A stretch of DNA of 64,000 bases from Eledone cirrhosa (GCA_964016885.1 OZ024742.1:223634001-223698000), one strand, 5' to 3'. Counted from the first letter of the stretch, positions 14,005 through 26,172 are shown. Notes: generated by a model from the sequence alone, not told the origin. A program made the numbers and translations.

Positions 14005-14260
14005 AAAAATGATTTACAGTAATAATGGTTTCTGATTTAGGCACAAGGACAGCAATTTTTTTTATTATTTTTTTTTTGGGGGGGGGGGGGGGGTCGATTA
14101 AATTGACCCCAGTGCATGACTGGTACTTTATTTTATCGACCCCGTAAGGATGAAAGGCAAAGCTAACCTTGGTGGGATTTGAACTCAGAATGTAAAAGAC
14201 TAATTCTATACCATGAAGCAGGGTGTCCAGCACTCTACCTATACTGACAATCCACCACCC
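14005..14260 (-). mobile_element. tRNA-derived SINE (family 1)
   Basis: Reverse complement of the 37248-37443 type (GAGTTCAAATCCC box B, GGGGTCGATAAAATAAAGTACCAG). Confidence 0.75.
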
Positions 14261-15735
14261 TATGATTTACAATAATAATACTAGTGTTACTGTACATCAA
14301 AACACATTTCCTACTCCATGTTGTGAAGATGTTTGGCATAGTGGTTAGGGTGTTCAGCTAATGATCATAAGATTGTGAGTTGGATTCCTAGACCAAATAA
14401 GTATCACCTTGCTTCAGTCAATTCAGCTAGTAAAAATAAGTTGTGCCTGTATTTCAATTGGTCAACCTTGTCAATCATTTATGTCAAGCTGAATTATGAA
14501 AAATCCTGTCTATGGCTTTCAAATGATTTTGAAAATAATCAAGAATTTGTAGGGATTTAGTAAAATATCTAATTTTTTCATTTTTAAGCTGGTGTTTAAA
14601 ACATAAGGTTTTTACATGATGGGGCAATTTTAGATAAATGTAAACACTTTAACCCTTTTGTTGCCATATTTTTAATGAAAGATGCTGCCTATGATCTTGG
14701 AGGTATTTAGTAATATAATTAACTAAATTTCTCAAAATTATGTTTGTGTATGGAACATAACTTAAAGGATCTTATATAAGATTAAAATCGAAAGTTTTTA
14801 GATGATGATGGTGACTCTAAAACAAAGGGTTTAATATCATAGAATGAAGAAGGCAGTATTAAATAGTTTAGTATCAAAAGTATTAAGATATTGGATGTAG
14901 AAAGAAAATAAAGAAGGCTTCATTGAAATCATTACAAAAATCTAGGGATTACATCACCATTAATGTCAACTAGGCAGCTACTTAGAGTGCAAACCTGAGA
15001 AGGGTGCATTAATGAACCTTAAAGGATCACAGTGTTATACACATTTTCATAATTATGTATAGTAACTTTCTGTAATCAATAAATATATCATTAAACACCT
15101 TTACCACATAACAGTACTGTGAAAATATCCAAAGCAGTGGAGAGGTCACATGATTTGGCATGGGTGTATATGGACGGTGTAGTAGAAAATGCAGACTTTA
15201 GAAAATGCAGTCATTTTCTTAATGTGATTAGAGCAAGAAGCGTCAATAATTAGGTTTGTCAGCTTGTCAAACTGTAAGTTGAAATTATTATATTTGGGAG
15301 AATGGGAAGCATATTGAATAGCTAGACTAGGGTACTGAATACCCAGGTATTAGTCACAACTGGTGGTCATTGGGAAATGGAGACACATTGGGATAAAAAG
15401 ATCAAGATGATTATATATATTCTACTATTACAACACTTAATTAGTTTACCTTTTAAAGCACCACCAATACATGCTCTGAAAATCTAAATTAATTAGGGCT
15501 AAGATGCTAAATACCCAGATGTTGGCCCTGAGAAATGTCTTAGTCTTTAAAATTATAAAGCTGTATTTTAGTTTTTTATGTAATTGAAGGGAACTTTTCT
15601 GTTTCTAATACACATTTGTACAGGACAATAGAAATAAATTTGACCGAGGAAGGTAAAAAGAAGAACAGAATAAAAAAGTAAAAATGTAAGACAGAAATAA
15701 AATCCAATTACTAACAAAACATTGTATTTCATCAG

Positions 15736-15879
15736 AACTTGATTTGGTGAGAACTTTAGATGTTTGACAGGAGGTATATAAAGAAAAAATATCTGCTGTG
15801 CTGTGTTTTGCGACTTCGACCAGCACAGTGGACGTGGGTAGTATATCATTGGAGGTCAATTACTGTCGATAAAACCAAG
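15736..15879 (+). other. Candidate upstream exon (5' UTR or decayed coding)
   Basis: Acceptor tatttcatcag, strong donor AAG/gtaatt; 144 nt; non-repeat-like sequence. Confidence 0.45.
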
Positions 15880-15977
15880 GTAATTTCTTTTATTTATTTC
15901 ACCTTTTCATTACCATATTTTTAATGGTAGACACACTGCCTATAATTTTTTAATCATTTTGAAGGGATTTAATAATA

Positions 15978-16293
15978 CAGTGGAACCTCAGTTCATGAAC
16001 TTAAATTGTTCATGAACTTAATTTTCACCGAAACTATTTTTCCCATACTGGGAGGAGAAATCCAGTGAAAAGGAGATTGTGTGTGAAAGACAGATAGATA
16101 TCACAATAGTAACTAACTACACAGCAAGTGATGCTTTCCTGCCGATACTCCTAACTTGTCACCAACCGTTGTTGCCGACTTGCGTGTTTCTAACTTGAAA
16201 CATCATTCGTGAACTGAGACGTTTTATGTTCAGAAGATTGTTCATGAACCGATTTGTTTGTGATGAGAGGTATTTGTGAACCAAGGTTCCACT
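15978..16293. mobile_element. Tc1/mariner (pogo/Tigger-like) MITE
   Basis: TA then CAGTGGAACCTCAGTTCATGAA on the left; TTTGTGAACCAAGGTTCCACT on the right (imperfect TIRs). Confidence 0.7.
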
Positions 16294-16410
16294 TTCGGAA
16301 ACATTTTTTCCTGCTCAGAGTTGCTGAAGCATGGAACAAACTACCTGCATCAGTTGCTAGCTGTTGAGACACTGCATCCTTTAAAACCTCCATGCTTCCT
16401 GAGATTCGCT
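16294..16410 (+). mobile_element. CR1-type LINE fragment
   Basis: RKHFFLLRVAEAWNKLPASV; same family as 55015-55450. Confidence 0.7.
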
Positions 16411-16602
16411 AATTATTTTTGCTATAATGGCATAAAAGATTGTTGTTGTATATAATTGATACCATACTTATATATTATATATATTATTGATATACTTTAA
16501 ATATATAATTTATATCTTAACTTCTGTGTGCATCTGGTTTAGATTAGGTACACTGTATATATCGTAAGATATAACACTTAAAAGCTTGGCATTAGGAAGG
16601 GA

Positions 16603-17643
16603 TCATCATCATCATCATCATCATCATCACCGTTTTACGTCCGTTCTTCCACGCTAGCATGGGTTAGACGGGTTGTCCTGTTGTGGGCAGTGTCTGGTCG
16701 GCTGACCATGCCTTGCTCATACAGGAACTGATCTGGCTTGATTTCTACAGCTGGATGCCCTTCCTAACACCAACCTCATTTACAGTGAGTGCTGGGTGCT
16801 TTTTCGTGGCGCCTACACGTCCACTTTACAGTGTGGGCTGGGTGCTTTTTTGCCGTGGCACCTCCACGACCACCTTGCGGTGGGGGGAGTGGGGGCATAT
16901 TGTTTATATGCTTCAGCATGTACCCATGGGAGGTCGGGTACCCTGTATTACTGCGTGATGCCAGAAGTCACGGTCGTGTGTCATTGTCTTTGAGAGGTGT
17001 AGTTGGGTAAGGTCGGCTTTTATCACCTCATCCCAAGTCATCTTGGGTCTCCCCACTCCGTGGTTTCCATCAACTTGTAGTGCTCTGCACATTTTTATGC
17101 AGCTGTCATCCTTCATACGCATCACATGTCCATACCAGCGTAACCGCCTCTCCTGCACGCAGCATTTGATTCCTCTTATGCTCAGTCTCTCTCTCAATTC
17201 CTTTATGCTTTGTCGTTCGCGTATATTACTATTACACATCCATCGGAGCATGCAGGCTTCGTTTCTCTCTAATCTACGTAAGTCTTCCACCTTCAGCGCC
17301 CAGGTCTCACTACCATGCAACATCGCTGTTCGGATACACGCATCATACAGTCTGCCTTTCATTCTGAGGGAGAAGCCTTTTGCAGCTAGCAGTGGTAGTA
17401 GTTCCCTAAACTTCTTCCATCCCGTTCTTACCCTAGTTATTGTACTTTCTGAGCACCCACCTCCGTTGCTAATTCGGTCACCTAGGTAGCAGAAGCTGTC
17501 TACTGTTTCTACAGGGCCCTCCCAGAGATTGGTGGTACTTGTTTCCTGTGGCTGTTTGCTGCTTGCTGTTTCAGCACAGCTGCTGCATGTGAATCCTACA
17601 TTCTTAATTAAGCTTCCTGAGATCCCGCTACATCTCTTCACCA
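16603..17643 (-). mobile_element. RTE LINE family C, 5'-truncated
   Basis: ORF 16913-17701 has the RTE C-terminus (MLHGSETW, RRLRWYGHV); distinct 3' UTR; (GAT)n tail. Confidence 0.9.
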
Positions 17644-19338
17644 TAAAACATTGCTTTAGAAAGGACCCCATAATGAGTGTGAAGCCTGTGATGGGGTTCA
17701 CAAAACTAATTCTTGCTTTAACAAGGAAATGGCTTCGTGGGTTGTATATAAATTCATTAGCTAATATTTAGCATGCATGTATGACTAACCTAACTCCAAA
17801 ATAATAATGGATAAACAATAAGAGATAAAACAATATCTATTTAAATTTTTTAATACCTAATATGATATGGGGATTTTGTCCAGTAAGTAGATTTTTGTCT
17901 GGTGTGGTTTTTGTCATGGATCAGTAACTCTACAGGAATTTTACTGGTGTCGCTCTCAACAGAATTTATGAAAATATTATCCAACTCAATTTCATTTTGC
18001 ATTCACTTAAATCAATCATGATTAATTTCTTCCATATTTTCTTTAATTATTACCAAATATAATTTGATTTTAAATATTTTCTTTTACTAATAAATCATTC
18101 GGAATTTACACATACAGATCAATCAGGTATCATTCATTTTCATCTTATAAATTTTATAGCCCAAACATCTATGGCAAATTGCCAGAGATTGCTGAATTTC
18201 TGAGATTATTGCATTTTTATTTTAAAAGAAATTTAAAATGAAAGCACATCAGATGAAGAAAGTATTGCTGCAGATAACAGCCAGTGATATCCACTGCATC
18301 AGCTATTTCACTGCACTCAGCTCCTTCTTTAGGCATGATGCTTTCATCCCCATTTTAGAACAAACAGTCTTGTGACTGATAACATGAGGGGTCTCAATAG
18401 CAATCAATACAATATGGAAACTGCCTATCAAAGACATTTAGGTGAACCACTAGTTTGATTAAATGTCTGTTCAAATGTCTTCAACTAATTTCCCTCTTGA
18501 CTGATGTTATTTTATGTAAAGTAAATACTATTGATGTATAAAAGTTGTAGTGCTGGTGCCATGATAAAAAAAAACATCCATTCCAACATGTAAGGTGGTA
18601 ATGCAGGTGCTATGATAGAACGCATCCATTCTACACTGTAAAGCAGTAGTGTTGAGACCACAAAAAAGCATTTAGTCCACCTTGTAAGGTGATAGTATTG
18701 GAGTCATGATAAAATGCTTCCAATACACGCTGTGAAAGGTTGGCATTAGAAAGGGCATCCACCCATAAACACTTTGCTAAAAACGGAATGTGTGAGTAAA
18801 ATGTAATCATCTGAAGGTCTAACCTCAGTATGTAACAGCCTGTCTAATCTATGCAAGCATGGAAAATAAACATTAAAGCGTAATGATGATGATGATGATG
18901 ATGATGATTATGATACATTGTTATCTGAGGAGGTATTCCTCATTATGAGTTTCTTATAAATTACATAGAAGTTCAGCAATTTCGGTACATAATTAATATT
19001 TAAAGGGTACCCAATTATTACATATATACATTTTTTTTTGCTACTATAAATAATAAGCAAGAGCAATGATGTTTTACAGTTAGGGGCTGAATGCAAGCTT
19101 AACACTCCTCCTACACACAGTTGTGTAGTTAGCCTTGCAAGCCCCTGGGGCACGCTTCATACTAAACTTATCAAGAGGTCATTTTTGAGACGTTTTATAG
19201 TTGGATGCCCTTCCTGGTGCCAACCCAACCTTGTATAGTTGTCTCTTATGACAAATCTGTTTAGACAAGAATTTTATAGAAGTGTTGTATTCGCAGCCAA
19301 TCTCTTGGACTTTTATAAAGTGCTTAGAGGATAAAGTG

Positions 19339-19502
19339 AATATAAAGAGTGGTGTGCTAATGTACAGAGGTGCTTTAAAATAGTTTATAAAATAGGGTGA
19401 AGATACTTAAAGATGGAAAAAGAAGTTGCCATGGCCGATGGCAAGTTCTTTTCCATCTTTAAGTGTCTTCATCCTATTTTATAAACTATTTTATAGCATC
19501 TC
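19339..19502. repeat. Imperfect inverted repeat, with a further arm copy at 19847-19948
   Basis: AAAATAGTTTATAAAATAGGGTGAAGATACTTAAAGATGGAAAA pairs with TTTTCCATCTTTAAGTGTCTTCATCCTATTTTATAAACTATTTT. Confidence 0.75.
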
Positions 19503-19559
19503 TGAGTAAAATCGGTGGGAAACCACAGTTACAAACGGTACTCAATACATTATTTAATA

Positions 19560-19745
19560 TTGGATTGGCAGTATCGGTAGAGGGTCGGATGCCATGCTTT
19601 CCAGCATAGTTACGTCCCTTAACGATCTGAGTTCAAATCCCGCTGAGGTTGACTTTGCCTTTCATCCTTACGGGGTCGATAAAATAAGGTACCAGTAATG
19701 CACTGGGTTATTGCTGGCCTTGTGCCAAAAAGTAGAAACAATTAT
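19560..19745 (+). mobile_element. tRNA-derived SINE (family 1)
   Basis: Box A-like TGGCAGTATCGGT, box B GAGTTCAAATCC, AT-rich tail. Confidence 0.8.
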
Positions 19746-20244
19746 TTAATATATAAATATTATTTATATGTATCTGCATGTGTGTGTATGTATCTGCATG
19801 TGTGTGTTTTTCTATGTGTACACGTGTGGGGGTTATAATATATATACATGGCCGATGAAAACTTCTTTTCCCATCTTCAAGGGTCTTCACCCTATTTTAG
19901 AAGCTATTCTATAGCATCTCTGTGCATGAGCACACCACTCTTTATATTGATATTGTTGTATTTAAGAAATATGATTTTCTTTATGTTTTTCATCCTTATT
20001 AACCCACTCAGGACAACATTTCTAATGAAATACAATCTATTTTAATTTATCAATGAGAAACTTTGAGGTATTTACTAATTTTGTTTTCATTATTTATTAT
20101 TAATATAGTAACTTAACATTTGGTTCTTCTGTAAAATTGTTTCATAGATCCAGAGCCAGTTTTGGCCAGATTGATATCAAAAGGGTTAATTCAACTTTAA
20201 TTTATTCCTTTTTTCTTTCCAGAGTAACAACCAAAACTATCAAG

Positions 20245-20284
20245 ATGTTTACAAGTTTCGTCATAATAACATTAATAATAGCGG
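20245..20284 (+). CDS. First coding exon (signal peptide MFTSFVIITLIIA) of a putative secreted Pro/Met-rich protein; exon spans 20223-20284
   Basis: Strong acceptor ttcctttttctttccag; AAGATG start; hydrophobic core; phase-1 donor G/gtaaga joins in frame to exon 51310, giving IIAVKS-EWF. Confidence 0.6.
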
Positions 20285-20828
20285 GTAAGATTTATACATT
20301 TCTGTGTTATGCTGTATAAGAAAAATTGGGGAGGTATGTGGCTTAATGGTTAGTGTGTTTAGCTCATGATTGTAGAGTCATGAGTTCAATTCTCAGCAGC
20401 CTGTTGTGTTCTTGAGCAATATATGTTGCTCCGTCCTACCAGCTAGAAAAAATGAGTTGTCCCTGTCACACATAATCTTCCTGAGAATTACGTGTGTCTG
20501 TGAAATGCCCAGTTACTTACTCTTTAATTTTACGAGGAAGCTGTTCTGTTGACCAAACAACTAGAACATCCATTGTTGGAACATTGGATGTTCAACACAC
20601 ACACACACAAGAAAGATTCCATCAAGCTGTTACTGGATCTATTATTCAATTTCAGTTCCTGTTTGAATCCTATTTGTTTCTTTTGCACAGTCAATAAATT
20701 TAATGAGTTACTATTCCATTTCTTCTAAAAATGATGCCTTATGTCAAGTTTAAACATGTCATTTATTCTGTCAATATGAATAATTGATATAGTCTATCTT
20801 GTCTTTTACTGTTGAGTATTCCACAGAT

Positions 20829-21170
20829 GTGAAGGCGCATGGCTTAGTGGTTAGAGCATCAGGCTTACAATCATGAAGTTGTGAGTTTGATTCTCAGACC
20901 GGGCTTTATGTTGTATTCTTGAACAAGACACTTTATTTCACATTGCTCCAGTTCACTCAGCTGTAGAAATGAGTTGCGACAACTCTGGTGCCAAGATGTA
21001 TCGGTCTTTGCCTTTCCCTTGGACAACATCAGTGGCGTGGAGAGAGGAAATCGGTATGCATGGGTGACTGATGGTCTTTCATAAATAACCTTGCCCAAAC
21101 TTGTGCCTAGAAGGGGAACTTTCTAGGTGCAAATCCCATGGTCATTTGTGACCAAAGGGGGTCTTCACCC
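20829..21170 (+). mobile_element. tRNA-derived SINE (family 2)
   Basis: TGGCTTAGTGGTTAGAGC box A, GAGTTTGATTCT box B, core ACACTTTATTTCACATTGCTCCAGTTCACTCAGCTG shared with 33161, 48140 and 60570. Confidence 0.8.
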
Positions 21171-21205
21171 ATTACCCTATTCCACATATACATGTACTTT
21201 TAATG

Positions 21206-21417
21206 CAGAGTGTCCCTAAAGTCTGGACACATAGGTAAAATACATATTTTCAATTTAAAAAATTACAACACGATTTTATTTAAATGAAATATTAATAAAC
21301 AACATCTTCAATGTGATTTCCAACATCTGTGATGCAAAGTTCGATGTGCTCTGCAAGATTCACATGAACCCAATGCATTAACCTACAGTTTTCTATCCAG
21401 ACTTTAGCGACACCCTG
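21206..21417. mobile_element. Tc1/mariner-type MITE
   Basis: TIRs CAGAGTGTCCCTAAAGTCTGGA and TCCAGACTTTAGCGACACCCTG, followed by TA on the right. Confidence 0.7.
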
Positions 21418-21649
21418 TATAACACTCAACTCAAATCAGCATAACATAATATGTGACAAGGCAACTCTTTTGAAGCACTTGTACAAATAATCTGACTGAT
21501 TCGTGTATTAATATATATATGGTTGAGTATTCCATACACGTGTACTATTAACATAATGTTCAAGGAGATTCAATATGACATACTCTGAGATAAGGCTGAA
21601 CCTTTCAAATACATGTTCAGTCAGTGTTGTATTACATTGCAAGAGCGAT

Positions 21650-21857
21650 TGATTGGCAATATCAGTAGAGCGTTGTACACCATGCTTCGTGACATAGAGT
21701 TACGCCCCTTACGTTCTGAGTTCAAATCCTGCCGAGGTTAGCTTTGTCTTTCAGGGTTGATAAAATAAAGCCCCAGTAACACACTGGGGTCGATTTAATC
21801 AACTTTCCCCTCCCCTTCAAAATGCTGGCCTTGTGTCTAAAGTAGAAACAATTATAT
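21650..21857 (+). mobile_element. tRNA-derived SINE (family 1)
   Basis: Similar to the other family 1 copies. Confidence 0.75.
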
Positions 21858-22331
21858 TGCAAGTGGCTGAGTATTCCACAGACACATGTATTCTTAATGT
21901 AATTCCCAAGGAGATTCAGCACAACACATTGGGACAAGACTGGCACTTTGAATTACAAGTAGAGTCCATCAAATTGGCTTCTACGTCCAGCCCATATGTT
22001 ATTATTTTTATCATGGTTTCTGTAACTGAATGTCCTTCCTAACATCAACCACTTAATAGCATATACTGGAGGCATTTTATCATTGTACCAGCACTACCAC
22101 TTTACAGAGTGGACTGGGTGCAAATTGATTGTGTCTACTCTATAAATTTACTGATAACTTTTTATCTTATCATAATTGTATATGTTCAGTCAAGATTAGC
22201 AATATTTAGATAGTTAGGACATAGGTAGAAATTTAGATCATCATCATCATCATCGTTTAACGTCTATCTTCCACGCTAGCGTGGGTTTAGACATTAGATA
22301 GATAAATAGACAGACAGATTTATATATATAT

Positions 22332-22434
22332 ATAGGAAAAGAGTCAGGACCATGAAAGCTGAGCTCCAGCCGTTTCGACAGCTAAATCCAAAATAGCTGG
22401 AGCTCAGCCGTCGGGATCCTGACTCTTTTCCTAT
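22332..22434. repeat. Short nested inverted repeat (fold-back)
   Basis: ATAGGAAAAGAGTCAGGA/TCCTGACTCTTTTCCTAT and GCTGAGCTCCAGC/GCTGGAGCTCAGC. Confidence 0.8.
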
Positions 22435-22539
22435 TACCCACTCTACTACCCTAAGTATTGAGTACTCTGGTGCGTTATGGTCCACCTGGTATCTTACTAC
22501 AACCTCTTTATTATATACATGCACTCTTTATTATATACA

Positions 22540-25500
22540 AGCACTCCGCCTTGTTTCGACCCAGGATGGCTAACATAACCCCCCCCCCCCCGCGCCCCAC
22601 CCCTCCCACCCTCCAAACGCAATCCAAAACTTCAGAGTTGGTACCATGAATGTAGGCACCTTAAAGGGTCGCTCTAACGAGGTTGTAGAAATGCTTGAAC
22701 GTAAGGAGGTCGATGTTTGTTGTATTCAAGAGACCAGGTGGAGGGGAGGGTCGGCTAGATTCATCGTGGGTAAAGAACGATGCTATAAGCTTTTCTGGGT
22801 GGGAAATGACAATGGGTTGGGTGGGGTAGGAATCATGGTAGCAGAAAAGTGGGCAGATAAGATAATAGACGTAAATAGAGTGAACGACAGAATAATTAAA
22901 ATAAGACTTGTCCTCAATAAAACTACGGTGACAGTAATATCTGCGTACGCACCACAATCCGGACTGCCCGGTGCTATAAAAGACAGATTCTACGAGACAC
23001 TGATGCTCGCTACCTCCCAAATAACCGACAGTGACTATATAGTTATTGCAGGCGACCTAAATGGTCACGTTGGACAGCATTGTGACGGCTATGACGGAAT
23101 CCATGGAGGCTATGGGTTCGGTACTAGAAATGAGGAAGGCTCCAGAATCCTGGAATTCTGCGACGCAAATAACTTAACTATCTGTAACACTAACTTCAAA
23201 AAACGAGACAATCACTTGATCACCTATAGATCGGGGGAACACACAAGCCAGGTAGATTATATCCTTACCAGAAGACGTGACAGAGTGTCTGTTGTTAACA
23301 CTAAATCCCTCCCCCATGAAGAATTCACCTCCCAACATTGACTGATAATTAGCGACCTCATAGTCAGGACGAGACGTACTAGACAGCGGAAGAGGACTAT
23401 CCTCAGGAGAAAAATATGGAAGCTAAAGGACCCCATAGCCAGAAATAAATTTCAAAGCATATTACTTGACGCTTTCGACAGTAAGGAAGAGCAATTAGAG
23501 TCGTATAATATAGAGGAACAGTGGGAATTCCTGAGAGCAAACCTGCTGACGGCGGCAGACGAAGTCTGTGGCTGGAGCAGGCCTGTAGGTAGGAGGAGAG
23601 TAACATGGTGGTGGAACAGTAAGGTGGAGGAGTCAATTAAGGCCAAAAAGCAGGCTTGGAAAGCATGGCGGGATGGGGGAAGTAGAGAAGACTATCAGGT
23701 AGCCAAGAGGGAAGCTAGGAGACAAGTGTACTTCGCAAGAAGGGAAGCAGAGGAAAGAAAGTTCAAGCATGTTCTACAACGTGAGGACCAAAAACGTGAG
23801 GTGTTCAGGATTGCCAGGCAATGTGTCAAGGAAAACCGTGATATTGTCGGGGAGAAGTGTGTGCTTAACGATGATGGCATACTTGCCATTACCGACGCTG
23901 ATAAGAAGGTAGCTTGGAAGTGTCACTACGAAAGGCTTCTAAATGAGGAGAACAAATGGGAGAAAGACAGTCTCCCCCACATCGACCCAATAGAGGGACC
24001 AGCAGTGTTAGTCCAGGGTAGTACAATAAGCAAGGCAATCAAAGATATGAAGACGGGTAAGGCGGCTGGTCCTTCGGAAATAGTTGCTGAAATGCTGAAG
24101 GCATCTGGTTCGGTGGGACACACCATGGTCACCCGGATAGTTAACCAAGTCGTACAGAATGGGGTTGTTCCGAAGGACTGGCGTAGCAGCATCATCGTTA
24201 ACTGCTATAAGGTAAAAGGAGATGCCCTAGATAGGAGTAACTATAGAGGCATTATATTAATCGACCAGGTCATGAAGGTCACGGAAAAAGTAATAGCGCA
24301 ACTAATCAGAGAGAGAATTGATCTAGATGAAATGCAGTTCGGGTTTGTGTCAGGCAAAAGTACCACAGACGCTCTTTTCATTGTACGACAACTACAGGAG
24401 AAGTACCTAGCTAAAAGTAAACCCCTATACTTAGCTTTCGTCGACTTGGAGAAAGCCTTCAACAGAGTCCCCCGTTCCATTATCTGGTGGTCTCTTAGAA
24501 AACTAGGTGTTGACGAATGGCTTGTGAGAGCTATACAAGCCATGTATAAAGAAACAGTCAGTAAGGTTAGAATTAACAACGAATATAGTGAAGAGTTTAG
24601 CGTAAAAGTTGGTGTCCATCAGGGCTCTGTTCTTAGCCCCCTACTATTTATTATTGCCCTTCAGGCTATAACAGAGGAGTTCAAGACCGGCTGCCCATGG
24701 GAACTCCTATACGCAGATGATCTAACGCTCATAGCTGAATCAATGACCGAACTAGAGAAGAAATTCCAAACATGGAAGCACGGCCTAGAATCAAAAGGCC
24801 TTAAAATTAACCTGGCTAAGACAAAAGTTCTAGTTTGTAGGAAAGAAAATATGGCGGCAGTCCCATCTGGGAAATGGCCATGCTCAGTGTGTAGGAAAGG
24901 CGTAGGTAGAAACTCCATTTTATGTCCCAAATGCAGAGTATGGGTGCATAAAAGATGTAGTGGGATCACAGGTAAGCTAACTAAGAACATAGATTTTACA
25001 TGTGGCCGGTGCTCTGGTGCAATAAGTAGCAGCAAGTGCCCACAAAATACTAGCTCCTTCAACTGCGCAGAGGGTTCTATAGAAATAGTGGACAGCTTCC
25101 GTTACCTGGGTGACAAAATCAGCAGTGGGGGAGGGTGCTCTGAAAGTACAGTAGCTAGAGTCAGAACTGGATGGAAAAAGTTCAGAGAGCTTATACCACT
25201 ATTAGCCGCTAGAGGGTTCTCCCTAAAAATGAAAGGCAGGTTATACGATGCCTGCATACGAACAGCAATGCTGCATGGCAGCGAGACCTGGGCATTGTGT
25301 GCAGAGGATATACGCAGACTAGAGAGGAACGAAGCTTGCATGCTCCGCTGGATGTGCAATAGTAATATACGTGAACGGCAAAGCATAAACGAACTAAGGA
25401 AAAAATTAGAAATAAGAGGGATCAGATGTTGTTTACTCGAGAGAAGGCTACGTTGGTACGGTCACGTGATGCGCATGAAAGACGACAGCTGTATAACAAA

Positions 25501-26169
25501 GTGCAGGGCAATAAAGATAGACGGTAGCCACGGAGTAGGCAGACCCAGAAAAACATGGGACGAGCTGATAAATTCCGACCTCACACGCTTACACCTCTCC
25601 AAGACAATGTCACTGGACTGAGACCTTTGGCGGTACTCAGTAATAGAGAAGACCCGCCTTACCTAAATACAAAGTAAAAACCTACTACAGTCAGTAGGCA
25701 TCTCTATCAAACCCCCCCGTCTCACCACCTCCACCCCATCCACACCGCCCCTTTCAATGTACAGTTATGTTGGTCCCACAACATCCAGGCCGAAACAAAT
25801 GAGATCATGTAGGTGTCACGACAAAAAAACACACAGTCCACGCTGTAAATGTGGCCGTGTAGGCAACACGGTAAAAACCTCCCAGCCCCACACTGTAAAT
25901 GTGGTTGGTGTTAGGAAGGGCATCCAGCTGTAGAAAACCCGCCAGACAGTCCACGCTGTAATGTGGCCGTGTAGGCAACACGGTAAAAACCTCCCAGCCC
26001 CACACTGTAAATGTGGTTGGTGTTAGGAAGGGCATCCAACTGTAGAAAACCCGCCAGACAGTCCTATGCGAGCAAGACAACCACTCTTGCCTCAAGTGGG
26101 AAAACCCCCGTCCAAACCCATGCAAGCGTGGAACACGGACGCTAAACCTGATGATGATGATGATGATGA
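22540..26169 (+). mobile_element. Near full-length RTE LINE family B
   Basis: Single reading frame 22646-25666 (APE: NVGTL, CIQETRW, AGDLNGH, VDYIL; RT: YADD), 3' UTR with a ~116-bp duplication, (GAT)n tail; 5' boundary approximate. Confidence 0.95.
22646..25666 (+). pseudogene. RTE endonuclease-reverse transcriptase ORF (~1006 codons) with two nonsense codons
   Basis: TGA at 23339-41 and at 25619-21 (sister copies have CGA at the latter); no frameshift between track ORFs 22646 and 23624. Confidence 0.9.
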
Positions 26170-26172
26170 TAT

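Noticed and set aside
15745-15775. Cyclophilin-like ENFRCLTGG
   Set aside because: Resemblance limited to a few residues, with no other cyclophilin motifs nearby
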